A stretch of DNA of 35,499 nt from an uncultured Bacteroidales bacterium (GCA_964390955.1 CAYMKE010000003.1:1-35499); one strand, 5' to 3'. Counted from the stretch's first letter, positions 16,896 to 27,648 are shown. Notes: generated by a model from the sequence alone, not told the origin. Translations and numbers: made by a program.

Positions 16896-17906
16896 ATGAG
16901 AGTACATATTTTAAATCTTTTATTTGTTTTAATAATTTTTTTATTTTCATGTAACAAAAAAGAAAGAAAAGCAGACATTTCAGAAATCGACATGGAAATA
17001 AACATCCAGCGTCTTGATCAGGAGTTATTTGATGTTGATTTTGATACATTAAACCGGCATATTGCTTTTGTGAAAAAAAAATACGGCGCTTTTTTCACCC
17101 TGTATACCCGGAATGTTATCAATATCGGGCATCCTGACAATAAAGCTTTTCCTGTTTATTTGAAAGATTTTTTAACAGATGAATACATTAACAAAGCATA
17201 TAATAAAGTGAATGAAATGTATTCTGATATATCTGAAGAAGAAGAAACCCTGGAAAAAGCATTTAAACGATACAACTATTTTTTTCCTGACAAGAAGATT
17301 CCCGGGATTTATACTGTCATTTCAGGATTTAATGAATCTGTATTCGTCAGTGAAACATCTATAGGAATTTCATTGGATAAATATTTAGGGAAAGAATGTG
17401 TATTCTATAAGCGTCTCGGATGGCCGATTTATTTAATAAATAATATGACCCGTGAAATGATATGCCGCGATGTTATGCATTCGTGGGGACTAACAGAATG
17501 GGAGTTTAGTGACAGTATAAATAACAATGTGGTCAATAATATGCTCTACAATGGGAAGATACATTACTTTGTAAACAAAACACTTCCCGGACTTCCTGAA
17601 CATATAGTGATGGGGTTTACCGAAGATGAAATGAAATTTTGCAGGAATAATAAAGAACAAATGTGGACCTACCTGATTGAGCATAAAATACTCTTTAGCA
17701 CCGATTATATGGATGTTCGAAGATATACTTCCGAATCCCCTTTTACTCCCGGTTTTCCAAATGAATCTCCAGGACGTGCAGCAAACTGGATCGGTTATCA
17801 TATCATTAAAAGCTATATGAAAAACAACCCTGATGTTACGGTCAAACAACTCATGAATGATAACAATTACCAACAAATCCTCAATGCATCAAAATACAAG
17901 CCATAG
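16896..17906 (+). CDS. gldB: Gliding motility lipoprotein GldB-like
   Basis: Lipobox FSC; ISGFN, IGISLDKYLG, MLYNGK, ESPGRAANWIG..IIKSYM, ILNASKYKP; next to nadE. Confidence 0.85.
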   Translation: MRVHILNLLFVLIIFLFSCNKKERKADISEIDMEINIQRLDQELFDVDFDTLNRHIAFVKKKYGAFFTLYTRNVINIGHPDNKAFPVYLKDFLTDEYINKAYNKVNEMYSDISEEEETLEKAFKRYNYFFPDKKIPGIYTVISGFNESVFVSETSIGISLDKYLGKECVFYKRLGWPIYLINNMTREMICRDVMHSWGLTEWEFSDSINNNVVNNMLYNGKIHYFVNKTLPGLPEHIVMGFTEDEMKFCRNNKEQMWTYLIEHKILFSTDYMDVRRYTSESPFTPGFPNESPGRAANWIGYHIIKSYMKNNPDVTVKQLMNDNNYQQILNASKYKP

Positions 17907-18034
17907 CTGATGCTGCAACGTGTCAAAAGAGATTAAAAGAAAGAAAATTGCTACACATGGAAGTGACATAATGTCATTCATCAATCCAAAAATAATGCCA
18001 TTATGACTTATTTGGCATCCGGTATAAAGTCGGG

Positions 18035-18170
18035 TGTTTGGATCATAATGTTCGGTAACGAAAATGCGCAGTTTACTGGCGTAAATGAGCAATTTTGGGG
18101 CAAGCGTAACGAAGCCTGCCCCGTAAGGAAGAATGACTGTATCGGGGTTAGCGGACATTATGGATAAACA
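18035..18170. mobile_element. MITE-like non-autonomous palindromic element
   Basis: Imperfect terminal IR TGTTTGGATCATAATGTTCGGTAAC / GTTAGCGGACATTATGGATAAACA. Internal hairpins AAAATGCGCAGTTTAC..GTAAATGAGCAATTTT and GGGGCAAGC..GCCTGCCCC. Confidence 0.65.
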
Positions 18171-18269
18171 TGCTTTTGTTTCTGGCAGGAAATTTGATTG
18201 CAATTAGGTAAAATTGTACACATAAAAGGATAATTAAAAAACAAAAACGGTATATTACTAAGTAAACGG

Positions 18270-18319
18270 AAGCTGTCTAAAAAGCATAATGATATGCTTT
18301 AAATCTTTTTAGATGGCTT
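18270..18319. repeat. Short inverted-repeat element upstream of clpB
   Basis: AAGCTGTCTAAAAAG ... CTTTTTAGATGGCTT (13/15), overlapping an inner AAAGCATA/TATGCTTT hairpin. Confidence 0.5.
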
Positions 18320-18381
18320 TTGAGACAATTTCATAAAAAATAAAGACATAATAAAAACTTAAACTTAAAACGATATAAACC

Positions 18382-20973
18382 ATGAATATTAATAATTTTA
18401 CCATAAAAGCACAGGAAGCAATTCAGCAGGCATTCACCATTGCAGGGGCAAAAAACCACCAGGCAGTGGAAACGGGGCATTTGCTAAAAGGCTTGTTTCA
18501 ACAAGAAAACAATGTGACGAGTTATTTGCTGAAAAAACTGGGTGTGCGTGCTGAGAATGTTGAAAAAGCTGTTGAACAGATCATTGAATCCTATCCAAAA
18601 GTAGAAGGCTCCGGAGAACAGTATTTATCCAGAAATGCCAATAAAACATTACAAAAAGCCGTTAACCACTCAAAAGATTACGGCGACCAATTTGTTACGA
18701 TTGAACATATATTACTGGGGTTATTGGATGCCGGGGATAACATTTCTCAATTATTAAAAGACAGTGGCGTAAGCGAAAAAGAATTAAAAATGGCCATTGA
18801 TGAATTAAGAAAAGGAGAAAAAGTAAAAAGCCAGACTGCTGAAAACACATTTGATGCTTTGAACAGATTTGCAGTCAATTTAAATGAACAGGCCAGGAAT
18901 GGAAAGCTTGATCCTGTCATCGGACGAGAAGAAGAGATTCGCCGTGTTTTGCAAATATTATCACGGCGTACAAAAAACAATCCGATCCTTATTGGCGATG
19001 CAGGGGTTGGAAAAACAGCCATTGCAGAAGGGATTGCACACAGGATTATAAGCAGCGATGTACCGGAAAACCTCAAAACCCGTCAGCTATATATGCTCGA
19101 CATGGCAGCATTGATTGCCGGAGCAAAATACAAAGGAGAATTTGAAGAACGATTAAAAGGAGTTGTAAAAGAAGTTGTGGATTCGAATGGCGAGGTAGTT
19201 CTTTTTATTGATGAGATACATACATTGGTTGGCGCCGGCAAAGGCGAAGGTGCAATGGATGCAGCAAACATCCTTAAACCTGCACTGGCCAGAGGAGAAC
19301 TAAGGGCAATCGGGGCAACCACCCTCAATGAATATCAAAAATATTTTGAAAAAGATAAAGCCCTTGAGCGGCGTTTCCAGACAGTAACCATTGATGAACC
19401 TGACACATCAAGCGCTATCTCTATTTTACGGGGCATTAAAGAACGCTACGAAACCCATCACCGGGTGCGTATTAAAGATGAAGCAATTATCAATGCAGTG
19501 GAATTATCACAGCGCTATATCACCGACAGGTTTTTGCCTGATAAAGCCATAGACCTGATTGACGAGGCCGCTTCGAAATTACGCCTTGAGATCAATTCTG
19601 TACCCGAAGAGATTGATAACCTGGACAGAAGAATACGACAACTTGAAATTGAACGCGAAGCCATTAAGCGTGAAGGAGATAAAAACAAAGAAAAAGAACT
19701 GAACAAAGAAATTGCTGATTTATCAGAGGAGCGGAATAACCGGAAAGCGAAATGGCAGGAGGAAAAAAACCTTATCGAACAAATTCAAAAAACCAAAGGC
19801 AATATTGAACAATATAAGATTGAAGCTGAACGGGCAGAACGTGAAGGCCTGTACGAACAGGTAGCTGAATTAAGATATGGAAAAATTAAACAGGCAGAAG
19901 AAGAAATTGTTCATTTGCAGCAGGAATTGGAAAAATTACAGGTTAAAGGCTCCTTAATAAAAGAAGAAGTGGATGCCGAGGATATCGCGGAAGTCGTTGC
20001 ACGGTGGACAGGCATTCCGGTCAGCAGAATGCTGCAAAGCGAACGCGAAAAACTATTGCACCTGGAAGACAATTTACACAAACGGGTTGTAGGACAACAT
20101 GAAGCCATTGTGGCTGTATCGGATGCCATCAGAAGGAGCAGGGCCGGATTGCAGGATCCTAAACGCCCCATTGGCTCATTTATCTTCATGGGAACAACCG
20201 GCGTAGGAAAAACAGAACTGGCCAAAGCATTGGCAGAATTCATGTTTGATGATGAAAACCTGATGACCCGTATTGACATGTCCGAATACCAGGAACGCTA
20301 CTCTGTATCAAGACTTATTGGCGCCCCTCCCGGATATGTTGGCTATGAAGAGGGTGGACAGCTTACTGAAGCCGTCAGACGAAAACCATATTCGGTTGTG
20401 TTACTCGATGAAATCGAAAAAGCACATCCGGATGTGTTCAATATATTATTACAAGTACTTGATGATGGAAGGTTGACAGATAATAAGGGCCGTATTGCTA
20501 ATTTTAAAAATACGATCATTATCATGACATCCAATATTGGTTCGCAGATCATTCAAAAGAACATGGACAACCTGAATGAGGCCAATAATGATGAAATATT
20601 TGAAACCACGCGCAAAGAGGTTATGGCGCTCATGAAACAAAGCATTCGCCCGGAATTCCTGAACCGGATTGATGATATTATTATGTTCAGGCCATTGACC
20701 CGTAAAGAATTAGAAGATGTTGTAGAGCTTCAGTTTGACCATGTCAGAACCTTGCTCAATAACAATGGGAATCTGGAGATAACACCAAAACTCAAAGAGT
20801 GGGTGGCAACCGTTGGATTTGACCCACAATACGGAGCAAGGCCGGTACGCAGGGTCATCCAGAAAAACATACTCAACGAACTTTCAAAACAAATACTGGA
20901 AGGAAACGTAACACCAGACAAAAAAGTTACAGTGGACATTAAAGATGATAAAGTCGTGTTTAAGAATGAATAA
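18382..20973 (+). CDS. clpB: ATP-dependent chaperone ClpB
   Basis: Two AAA+ modules ([14 protein letters not shown]; [17 protein letters not shown]), long coiled-coil M domain, GARP. Confidence 0.97.
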   Translation: MNINNFTIKAQEAIQQAFTIAGAKNHQAVETGHLLKGLFQQENNVTSYLLKKLGVRAENVEKAVEQIIESYPKVEGSGEQYLSRNANKTLQKAVNHSKDYGDQFVTIEHILLGLLDAGDNISQLLKDSGVSEKELKMAIDELRKGEKVKSQTAENTFDALNRFAVNLNEQARNGKLDPVIGREEEIRRVLQILSRRTKNNPILIGDAGVGKTAIAEGIAHRIISSDVPENLKTRQLYMLDMAALIAGAKYKGEFEERLKGVVKEVVDSNGEVVLFIDEIHTLVGAGKGEGAMDAANILKPALARGELRAIGATTLNEYQKYFEKDKALERRFQTVTIDEPDTSSAISILRGIKERYETHHRVRIKDEAIINAVELSQRYITDRFLPDKAIDLIDEAASKLRLEINSVPEEIDNLDRRIRQLEIEREAIKREGDKNKEKELNKEIADLSEERNNRKAKWQEEKNLIEQIQKTKGNIEQYKIEAERAEREGLYEQVAELRYGKIKQAEEEIVHLQQELEKLQVKGSLIKEEVDAEDIAEVVARWTGIPVSRMLQSEREKLLHLEDNLHKRVVGQHEAIVAVSDAIRRSRAGLQDPKRPIGSFIFMGTTGVGKTELAKALAEFMFDDENLMTRIDMSEYQERYSVSRLIGAPPGYVGYEEGGQLTEAVRRKPYSVVLLDEIEKAHPDVFNILLQVLDDGRLTDNKGRIANFKNTIIIMTSNIGSQIIQKNMDNLNEANNDEIFETTRKEVMALMKQSIRPEFLNRIDDIIMFRPLTRKELEDVVELQFDHVRTLLNNNGNLEITPKLKEWVATVGFDPQYGARPVRRVIQKNILNELSKQILEGNVTPDKKVTVDIKDDKVVFKNE

Positions 20974-20991
20974 CAGACTATTATCATAATT

Positions 20992-21022
20992 AAAAAACCC
21001 CGGGAATCCCGGGGTTTTTTTT
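20992..21022. terminator. Bidirectional intrinsic terminator between clpB and the convergent lipoprotein gene
   Basis: AAAAAACCCCGGGA-A-TCCCGGGGTTTTTTTT. Confidence 0.88.
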
Positions 21023-21047
21023 AAAATATTTAAAAAGATATTGTTGA

Positions 21048-22823
21048 TTAATAATTTTCATCTTCAACATCTTCTCCTGTTCCATAATACAAATCAATCC
21101 TATAAATTGACCCGGGTTTTGCATCGTAAATACTTCTGGTTTCTGGATAATAATTATTTCCTGCCCCCATGAATGAATGTGATGCTGTTTCATCTAAACC
21201 ATCACCGTCATAATCATTTACATTATTAATGTATCCCTGTCCAGGATTCATAATAACATAAGATTCAAGATTTCCCGAATGATTTATTTCACCTTTAATG
21301 ATTGCACCGGATCCATATCCTGCAAGTGTAGTGACAGTAATAGCAGGAGGTGAGGTAGCTACATAACCTTGTCCCCCATCATTGTTATATCTTGAAACAG
21401 AAAGAATTGTGCTGTCTGTAGCGCTAATAGTTATACTATCAGCAGAGACATACGTTTGTTTTAACTCATTATTAATCACTGTTATCACAGGTGGATAAGC
21501 AGTAGCCAGGCCGCCTGTTTCATAAATGGTATCACCCCTGTTCCAGGTAGAGTAAAATGTACCATTGGAAAGTTTGATATTGGCTAACCAATTCCTGTTT
21601 CCATCAAATGAAACATTACTATTAACAATATCATCATCATATTCGTTTTCAATGTAATGATTATCATATACAGAACCTTCGGCTGTAATTTTTGGAGACT
21701 CCCTGTAATCAGAACCACCGCTTTCAAGCATTATATAATATTGAATTTCAAATTCCAGGTCTATTATTGCCTGGGTCTGCATTCCATTGCCTGTAAGGTC
21801 AAGGGTAGGCGCCTGGGTGTATTTTCCATTTGATGTATAAATAGAGGCACCTGTAATGGATTTGCTTCCCGGATCAATCCATGCCCGGACAGAATCAATG
21901 TTCCCGTCAGGATCAGGAGAAAATTCAAAATACCTCCAACCCGTACTGTCATATTTACCCCCATAAACCCGTTCAAGAGCAGAATAGTCCAAATTGGATG
22001 GTTTGGGGCTTGTTGAGAAAGACAACCCGCTTCCAACGGTAGTTGGGGCTGCCACACTGACATGAACACTGGGAACAACATCCAGTGCATCAGGATTTCC
22101 TGAAAAATCAAATACTTTATCAATTTGTTGTACCGAATAATTGAGTTTTGTATTGGTATTTTCAAATACTGCTGCAGTTTGTTTAGCTTCAATTACCGGG
22201 TACGTGACATATAAATTATCTTGTCCTTCTGCACTAACCGGTACATATATTGAATACATTCCCTGTGCATCTGTTGTACCAATAAAGGAGTAATCATAAT
22301 CTCTAACATTACCGTCATGATTATACCGGCTTACTTTTACCATTGTTCCTTCAGGGACTACTTCCTTTTTCCTGTTGGTAACATCCGTTTCAATGGTTAA
22401 TTTACCTTTTACGATGGCTACTTTTGTAGAATCTGAGGTAGAATAAATAGGTACATTAATTGTTTTTTGTTTTTCCCTGAAATTTGTTGGAGCAGATCCA
22501 ATGTCGGTAGAAACCGAAGTATAGCCATCTTTCCTGACGATTACGATAGAATTGTCTCCAATATTGACATCGTTAAAGGTAACGATTCCATCGGCATTGG
22601 TGTTGGCTGACAAGACTTCTCCATCTTTGTCTGTTGTTTTTACCTGAGCGCTTGAAACGCCTTCTTTTTCAAGTGTTGCCCCGTCATACACATGTACAAT
22701 AAGGTCAAACAATTGTTGTGCCTCAAGGGCATCTTTTTCTGTGAACTTGTCTTTTTTACATGAAGAAAGGATGAGTAAAAAAGATGTGAATAACAATAAA
22801 ATGTTGATAATTGTTCTTTTCAT
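21048..22823 (-). CDS. Surface lipoprotein with carboxypeptidase-regulatory-like N-domain and Gly-rich beta repeats
   Basis: Lipobox LSSC followed by KKDK; TNADG..F and TTDAQGMY motifs; repeated G-x-G-Y-x3-P-x-I motifs. Confidence 0.7.
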   Translation of the reverse strand: MKRTIINILLLFTSFLLILSSCKKDKFTEKDALEAQQLFDLIVHVYDGATLEKEGVSSAQVKTTDKDGEVLSANTNADGIVTFNDVNIGDNSIVIVRKDGYTSVSTDIGSAPTNFREKQKTINVPIYSTSDSTKVAIVKGKLTIETDVTNRKKEVVPEGTMVKVSRYNHDGNVRDYDYSFIGTTDAQGMYSIYVPVSAEGQDNLYVTYPVIEAKQTAAVFENTNTKLNYSVQQIDKVFDFSGNPDALDVVPSVHVSVAAPTTVGSGLSFSTSPKPSNLDYSALERVYGGKYDSTGWRYFEFSPDPDGNIDSVRAWIDPGSKSITGASIYTSNGKYTQAPTLDLTGNGMQTQAIIDLEFEIQYYIMLESGGSDYRESPKITAEGSVYDNHYIENEYDDDIVNSNVSFDGNRNWLANIKLSNGTFYSTWNRGDTIYETGGLATAYPPVITVINNELKQTYVSADSITISATDSTILSVSRYNNDGGQGYVATSPPAITVTTLAGYGSGAIIKGEINHSGNLESYVIMNPGQGYINNVNDYDGDGLDETASHSFMGAGNNYYPETRSIYDAKPGSIYRIDLYYGTGEDVEDENY

Positions 22824-22872
22824 GATTCATTGAATTTAAAGTTAATTAAATGGGTATGATTGATTTTGCAAA

Positions 22873-23634
22873 TTAAAAGCCGTAACCGAGTGTAAAATAA
22901 AAACTATGAGACCAAAGGTTTTCTTTGATGTCATTATGGTCAATATAGCTGTAGCCTTCTTTGGTTAAGGTAATGCTCCTGTGGTAACGAAGGTCTAGTA
23001 ACAACAGCCCGAAGTCTGTATCAAGCTCAATGCCTATTCCTGCTGTAGCTCCATAAACCAGCGGTTCATAAAGCTCTGTCACTTCTTCGTACCGCTCATT
23101 GGATGTCCATACACCATTAGAACCTGAAACAAAACCTATATAACTCTGCCTTAATTGTGTATAAATATTGTATGAAACATCAGGGCCGATATAAACAACA
23201 GGATTTCCACCAATATCTAAAGGGAGTTGAGCTTTAAATAATAAGGGAACGTACAAATTGTTCAATGTTACCTTATTTTTTATAAATTTTGGATCAACCG
23301 GTAAATTAAGTCCAAACCGGCCTTCATGCTCCAGCATTAAATAGCTTCCCCCGAATTGACTGAAATATGCTTCCAACTGAACGGAAAACTTATCATTAAA
23401 AGGGTATTCGACATAACCACCCCCAATACCACCGGGAATAAAGCTGTTCGTGAATTCTGATGTCATCTTCATTTCATTGATAAATCCACTCATCGTCAAC
23501 CCCGCTTTTACTCCGAAATTTATAGGAATCCCGGAAGAACCTGTACTTTCAGTTTCCTGGGTAAATACCTTTACATTTGTTATTAAAAACAAAACCACAC
23601 TATTAATTACCAGGAAAGTAAAAAATCTTTTCAT
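22873..23634 (-). CDS. PorT-like outer-membrane beta-barrel protein
   Basis: Signal peptide from Met 23634, FGVKAGL, SVQLEAYFSQ.G, LYVPLLFK, C-terminal GYGF. Confidence 0.78.
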   Translation of the reverse strand: MKRFFTFLVINSVVLFLITNVKVFTQETESTGSSGIPINFGVKAGLTMSGFINEMKMTSEFTNSFIPGGIGGGYVEYPFNDKFSVQLEAYFSQFGGSYLMLEHEGRFGLNLPVDPKFIKNKVTLNNLYVPLLFKAQLPLDIGGNPVVYIGPDVSYNIYTQLRQSYIGFVSGSNGVWTSNERYEEVTELYEPLVYGATAGIGIELDTDFGLLLLDLRYHRSITLTKEGYSYIDHNDIKENLWSHSFYFTLGYGF

Positions 23635-23679
23635 ATTTCTTATTTTAAGCATTTTTTTGTAGATAATTTTTTTTAGGTG

Positions 23680-23687
23680 CAAATATA
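23680..23687 (-). promoter_or_regulatory. Putative -7 box (TATATTTG) for the barrel-lipoprotein pair
   Basis: CAAATATA on the plus strand, about 45 nt upstream of the ATG at 23634. Confidence 0.5.
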
Positions 23688-23859
23688 TGATTATATTTTG
23701 ATTTACGAATTATATTTTCAAAAAAAAATTATTGATTTATTATAAAGGAAAGCAATTTTTCCCGGAGAAACATTTAAAAACATAAAATATTAATTATCAA
23801 TTTTCTAAATTTAACATATACATACGATACAAATAAAAAAAGGTTGTAATTGGATTAAA

Positions 23860-24955
23860 CTATTTTGAATTACCTCCAAACTCCATTAAATAAGCTTTAA
23901 TAAAATCGTCAATATCACCATCCATTACCGCCTGCACATTAGTTTTTTCAACATTTGTCCTCAAATCTTTCACGAGTTTATATGGGTGCATTACATAGTT
24001 TCTTATTTGCGAGCCCCATTCAATTTTCATTTTGTCTCCTTCCAGTTTTTCCTGTTCTTCTTTACGTTTTCGCAGTTCAAGTTCATATAAGTGAGAACGC
24101 AAAACCCGCATGGCATTGGCTTTGTTTTTTGCCTGGGAGCGTCCTTCCTGGTTTTCCACTACAATGCCGGAAGGAATATGTTTTAATCGTACTGCCGATT
24201 CTACTTTATTCACATGTTGTCCTCCTGCCCCGCTAGCCCTAAAGGTATCCCAAACAATATCAGCAGGGTTGACATTGATTTCAATGGAATCGTCAACCAA
24301 TGGTGACACGAATACGGAAGCAAAAGAAGTGTGCCGCTTGTGGCTTGAATCAAAAGGAGACAACCGGACTAGCCTGTGTATACCGTTTTCACTTTTCAGG
24401 TACCCGTATGCATGATCTCCTTCTATCTCAAGGGTTACCGATTTAATCCCGGCTTCTTCACCGGTTTGCCGGTCTAATTCTTTAACGCTGTAACCATTTT
24501 TTTCTGCCCAAAAGATATACATTCTTAATAGCATTTCGGCCCAGTCCTGGCTTTCTGTTCCACCTGCACCCGGATTGATCTTCATGATGGCGCCCAAGAC
24601 ATCTTCTTCATTCTGAAGCATATTCCGCAATTCAAGATGGCCTGCCTTTTTCTCCGCTTTCATATACAAATCTTCAAGTTCTTTTTCTCCGGCTTCTTCT
24701 TCCATATAAAGCTCATACATCGTTTCAAGGTCATCAATCATAACATTTATTTCATCAAATGCACCGGTCCATTTTTTTAGATCTGCAATATATTTTAATT
24801 GTTCCTCTGCTTCTTTTGGGTTATTCCAAAAATCAGTTGCCTGGGTTAATTGTTCTTTATCCCAGATCAGGTTTCTTTTATTGTCAATGTCAAAGATACC
24901 TCCTCAGAGCATTCCGCCGCTCTTTAAGATGATCTATTTGTTCGTTCGTAATCAT
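23860..24955 (-). CDS. prfB: Peptide chain release factor 2 (programmed +1 frameshift after codon 21; 364 aa)
   Basis: SPF and GGQ motifs. ATG at 24955 gives MITNEQIDHLKERRNALRRYL, then CTT-TGA-C; the +1 frame joins the listed 23860..24741 ORF. Confidence 0.97.
24889..24904 (-). other. prfB programmed +1 ribosomal frameshift signal
   Basis: Minus strand AGGAGG-TAT-CTT-TGA-C. Confidence 0.95.
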
Positions 24956-24988
24956 GATTCATTTAATTTTTTATTCTAATATATCAGA

Positions 24989-25005
24989 CAAAAATAATAA
25001 TTTTG
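24989..25005. promoter_or_regulatory. Back-to-back -7 boxes for prfB (minus) and tex (plus)
   Basis: CAAAAATA at 24989-24996 (TATTTTTG on the minus strand) and TAATTTTG at 24998-25005. Confidence 0.5.
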
Positions 25006-25034
25006 AGGAATTTAAACATTATAAAATCCTTTTT

Positions 25035-27173
25035 ATGTCTCATCAATTATCAGGTATTATAGCTCATGCCACAGGCTTTGACCCCATGCCCGTAAAGAAT
25101 GTCATACATCTTTTGGAGTCCGGGGCCACCATTCCTTTTATCAGCCGTTACAGGAAAGAACAAATTAAAGGGATGGATGAAGTGGATGTAACAAAAATCC
25201 GGGATGAATTAAATAAATTTAAGGACATAGAAAGCAGAAAAGCAACAATACTGAAATCCATCGAAGCACAGGATAAACTTACACCCGAACTAAAACAGAC
25301 GATTACAGAATGTTTTGATGCCCGTGAACTGGAAGACCTATATCTTCCTTTTAAACCCAAAAAAAAGACACGTGCAACCATTGCCAGAGATCATGGCCTT
25401 GAACCCCTGGCTAAAATCATTATGTTTCAAAAAGATTTTAATTTTCAGGAAAAAGCCAAACAATACATCCGGGACGAGATCAAAACAGTTGAAGATGCTT
25501 TGCAGGGCGCCCGTGATATTATTGCCGAATGGATCAATGAAAATCAACAGGCAAGAAAAAAACTTCGTCTTTTGTTTGAACGAAAAGCATGTATCACATC
25601 CAAATTACAAAAAGGAAAAGAAGAGGAAGGTGCAAAATATAAAGACTATTTTGCATGGGAAGAAAACATAAATAAATGCCCTTCTCACAGGATATTGGCT
25701 ATGTTCAGAGGAGAACGGGAAGGGGTATTAAAAATCTTTGTTTCACCCCCTAAAGAACAAGCTGTTGAAATACTTGAAAGGCAATTTATCAGGAGTCCTT
25801 ACGACATTGGCAAACAAATTAAAATGACAATCCAGGATGCTTATTCAAGATTATTAAAACCATCGTTGGAAAATGAGCAAAAAGCTAAATTAAAAGAATT
25901 TGCAGATGAAGAAGCCATCAAAGTGTTTGCTGTCAATTTAGAACAATTGCTTATGGGGCCGCCACTCGGACAAAAAAAGATACTGGCCATTGATCCGGGA
26001 TACAGGACAGGATGCAAGATCGTGTGTCTGAATAAACAGGGGGGCTTATTACACAACGAGACCATTTACCCGCATCCCCCGCGGAAAGAATCCACGCTCG
26101 CCATGAAAAAAATATCATCACTGGTTGAAATGTTCCATATAGAAGCCATTGCAATAGGAAACGGAACAGCAGGAAAAGAAACAGAACAATTGATCAAAAG
26201 AATGAAATTCAACCGTGATATCCAGGTTTTTATCGTCAATGAGTCCGGAGCCTCCGTTTATTCTGCTTCAGATGTTGCACGGGAAGAATTCCCGGATTAT
26301 GATATCACAGTAAGGGGCGCTGTATCAATTGGCAGGCGGTTGATGGATCCTTTATCCGAGCTGGTTAAAATTGACCCCAAAAGCATTGGAGTAGGACAAT
26401 ACCAACATGATGTGAACCAGCAACAATTGAAACACAGTCTTACCACCGTTGTTGAACGATGTGTTAATACTGTGGGGGTCCATTTAAACACGGCAAGCAA
26501 ACATCTTTTAAATAATGTTTCGGGACTGGGACCTGTTTTGGCAGAAAATATTGTACAACACAGGCAAAAAAAAGGAATATTTAAAAGCAGGGAAGCATTG
26601 AAAGCAGTAGATCGCTTAGGAGATAAAGCCTTTGAACAATCAGCAGGATTTTTAAGAATTCCCGGTTCTGATAATCCACTTGATAATACAGCTGTTCATC
26701 CCGAGAGTTATCCTGTTGTCAAAAAAATGGCAAAAGACATTGGGTGTACTGTGAGTGAATTGATTAAAAACGAGGAAAATATTCAAAAAATTGATATCAA
26801 TAAATATGTCACGGCCAAGACAGGACTTCCCACGCTAAGGGATATCGTGTCGGAATTATCACAACCCGGACGCGATCCGAGGGAAAAAGCGGCCATGTTT
26901 GAATTTGCCCCGGATATACATAAAATTGAAGACTTGAAAACCGGGATGGTGGTGCCGGGCATTATTACAAACATAACAAATTTTGGGGCGTTTGTTGATA
27001 TTGGTGTAAAACAGGACGGGCTCGTGCATATCTCTGAACTGGCAAATGAATTCGTAAGAAATCCTGCAGATGTCGTGAAATTACATCAACATGTAACAGT
27101 AAAAGTATTGGACATTGATGTCCCGAGGAAAAGGATCGGTTTGTCCATTCGTTTAGCAAAGGAACCAAATTAA
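25035..27173 (+). CDS. tex: Tex family RNA-binding transcriptional accessory protein
   Basis: GATIPFISRYRKE, LEDLYLP, IDPGYRTGCK, NESGASVYSAS, IGVGQYQHD, C-terminal S1 domain (FGAFVDIGVKQDGLVHIS). Start taken at 25035. Confidence 0.95.
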   Translation: MSHQLSGIIAHATGFDPMPVKNVIHLLESGATIPFISRYRKEQIKGMDEVDVTKIRDELNKFKDIESRKATILKSIEAQDKLTPELKQTITECFDARELEDLYLPFKPKKKTRATIARDHGLEPLAKIIMFQKDFNFQEKAKQYIRDEIKTVEDALQGARDIIAEWINENQQARKKLRLLFERKACITSKLQKGKEEEGAKYKDYFAWEENINKCPSHRILAMFRGEREGVLKIFVSPPKEQAVEILERQFIRSPYDIGKQIKMTIQDAYSRLLKPSLENEQKAKLKEFADEEAIKVFAVNLEQLLMGPPLGQKKILAIDPGYRTGCKIVCLNKQGGLLHNETIYPHPPRKESTLAMKKISSLVEMFHIEAIAIGNGTAGKETEQLIKRMKFNRDIQVFIVNESGASVYSASDVAREEFPDYDITVRGAVSIGRRLMDPLSELVKIDPKSIGVGQYQHDVNQQQLKHSLTTVVERCVNTVGVHLNTASKHLLNNVSGLGPVLAENIVQHRQKKGIFKSREALKAVDRLGDKAFEQSAGFLRIPGSDNPLDNTAVHPESYPVVKKMAKDIGCTVSELIKNEENIQKIDINKYVTAKTGLPTLRDIVSELSQPGRDPREKAAMFEFAPDIHKIEDLKTGMVVPGIITNITNFGAFVDIGVKQDGLVHISELANEFVRNPADVVKLHQHVTVKVLDIDVPRKRIGLSIRLAKEPN

Positions 27174-27195
27174 TATTTTAAAATCACTATATATT

Positions 27196-27648
27196 ATGCG
27201 GGCAATCATTCAAAGAGTATCAAAGGCATCTGTTTCCATAAACAACATAAAAAAATCGGAAATCGGCCAGGGATTATTGATTTTTATAGGCATAGAAGAC
27301 AATGATCATGAAGAAGACATACAATGGCTAAGCAGGAAAATATCCGGACTGAGGATATTTTCCGACAAAGACGGACTGATGAACCTGTCGTTGAAAGAAG
27401 TGCAGGGCGAACTCCTGGTGATCAGCCAGTTTACTCTGCATGCCAGCACAAAAAAAGGAAACCGCCCCTCGTACATCAGGGCTGCAAAACCTGATAAAGC
27501 CATTCCCTTGTATCATCAATTTATTAAGCAATTACACCATGATACACAGCAAAAAATACAAACAGGTGAGTTTGGTGCCATGATGGATATATCATTGGTT
27601 AATGACGGGCCTGTTACAATATTTATTGACACCAAAAACAAAGAATAA
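27196..27648 (+). CDS. dtd: D-aminoacyl-tRNA deacylase
   Basis: MRAIIQRV, SQFTL, KGNRPS, GEFGA.M, NDGPVT. Confidence 0.96.
   Translation: MRAIIQRVSKASVSINNIKKSEIGQGLLIFIGIEDNDHEEDIQWLSRKISGLRIFSDKDGLMNLSLKEVQGELLVISQFTLHASTKKGNRPSYIRAAKPDKAIPLYHQFIKQLHHDTQQKIQTGEFGAMMDISLVNDGPVTIFIDTKNKE

Noticed and set aside
17889-18203. 104-aa minus-strand ORF
   Set aside because: It has a non-ATG start, overlaps the gldB end and runs through a palindromic MITE-like element
24954-25034. Extended tex start at 24954 (likewise the extended starts at 2920, 16774, 16857 and 23682)
   Set aside because: These extensions overlap neighbouring starts or promoter boxes; downstream ATGs match the family N-termini or signal peptides
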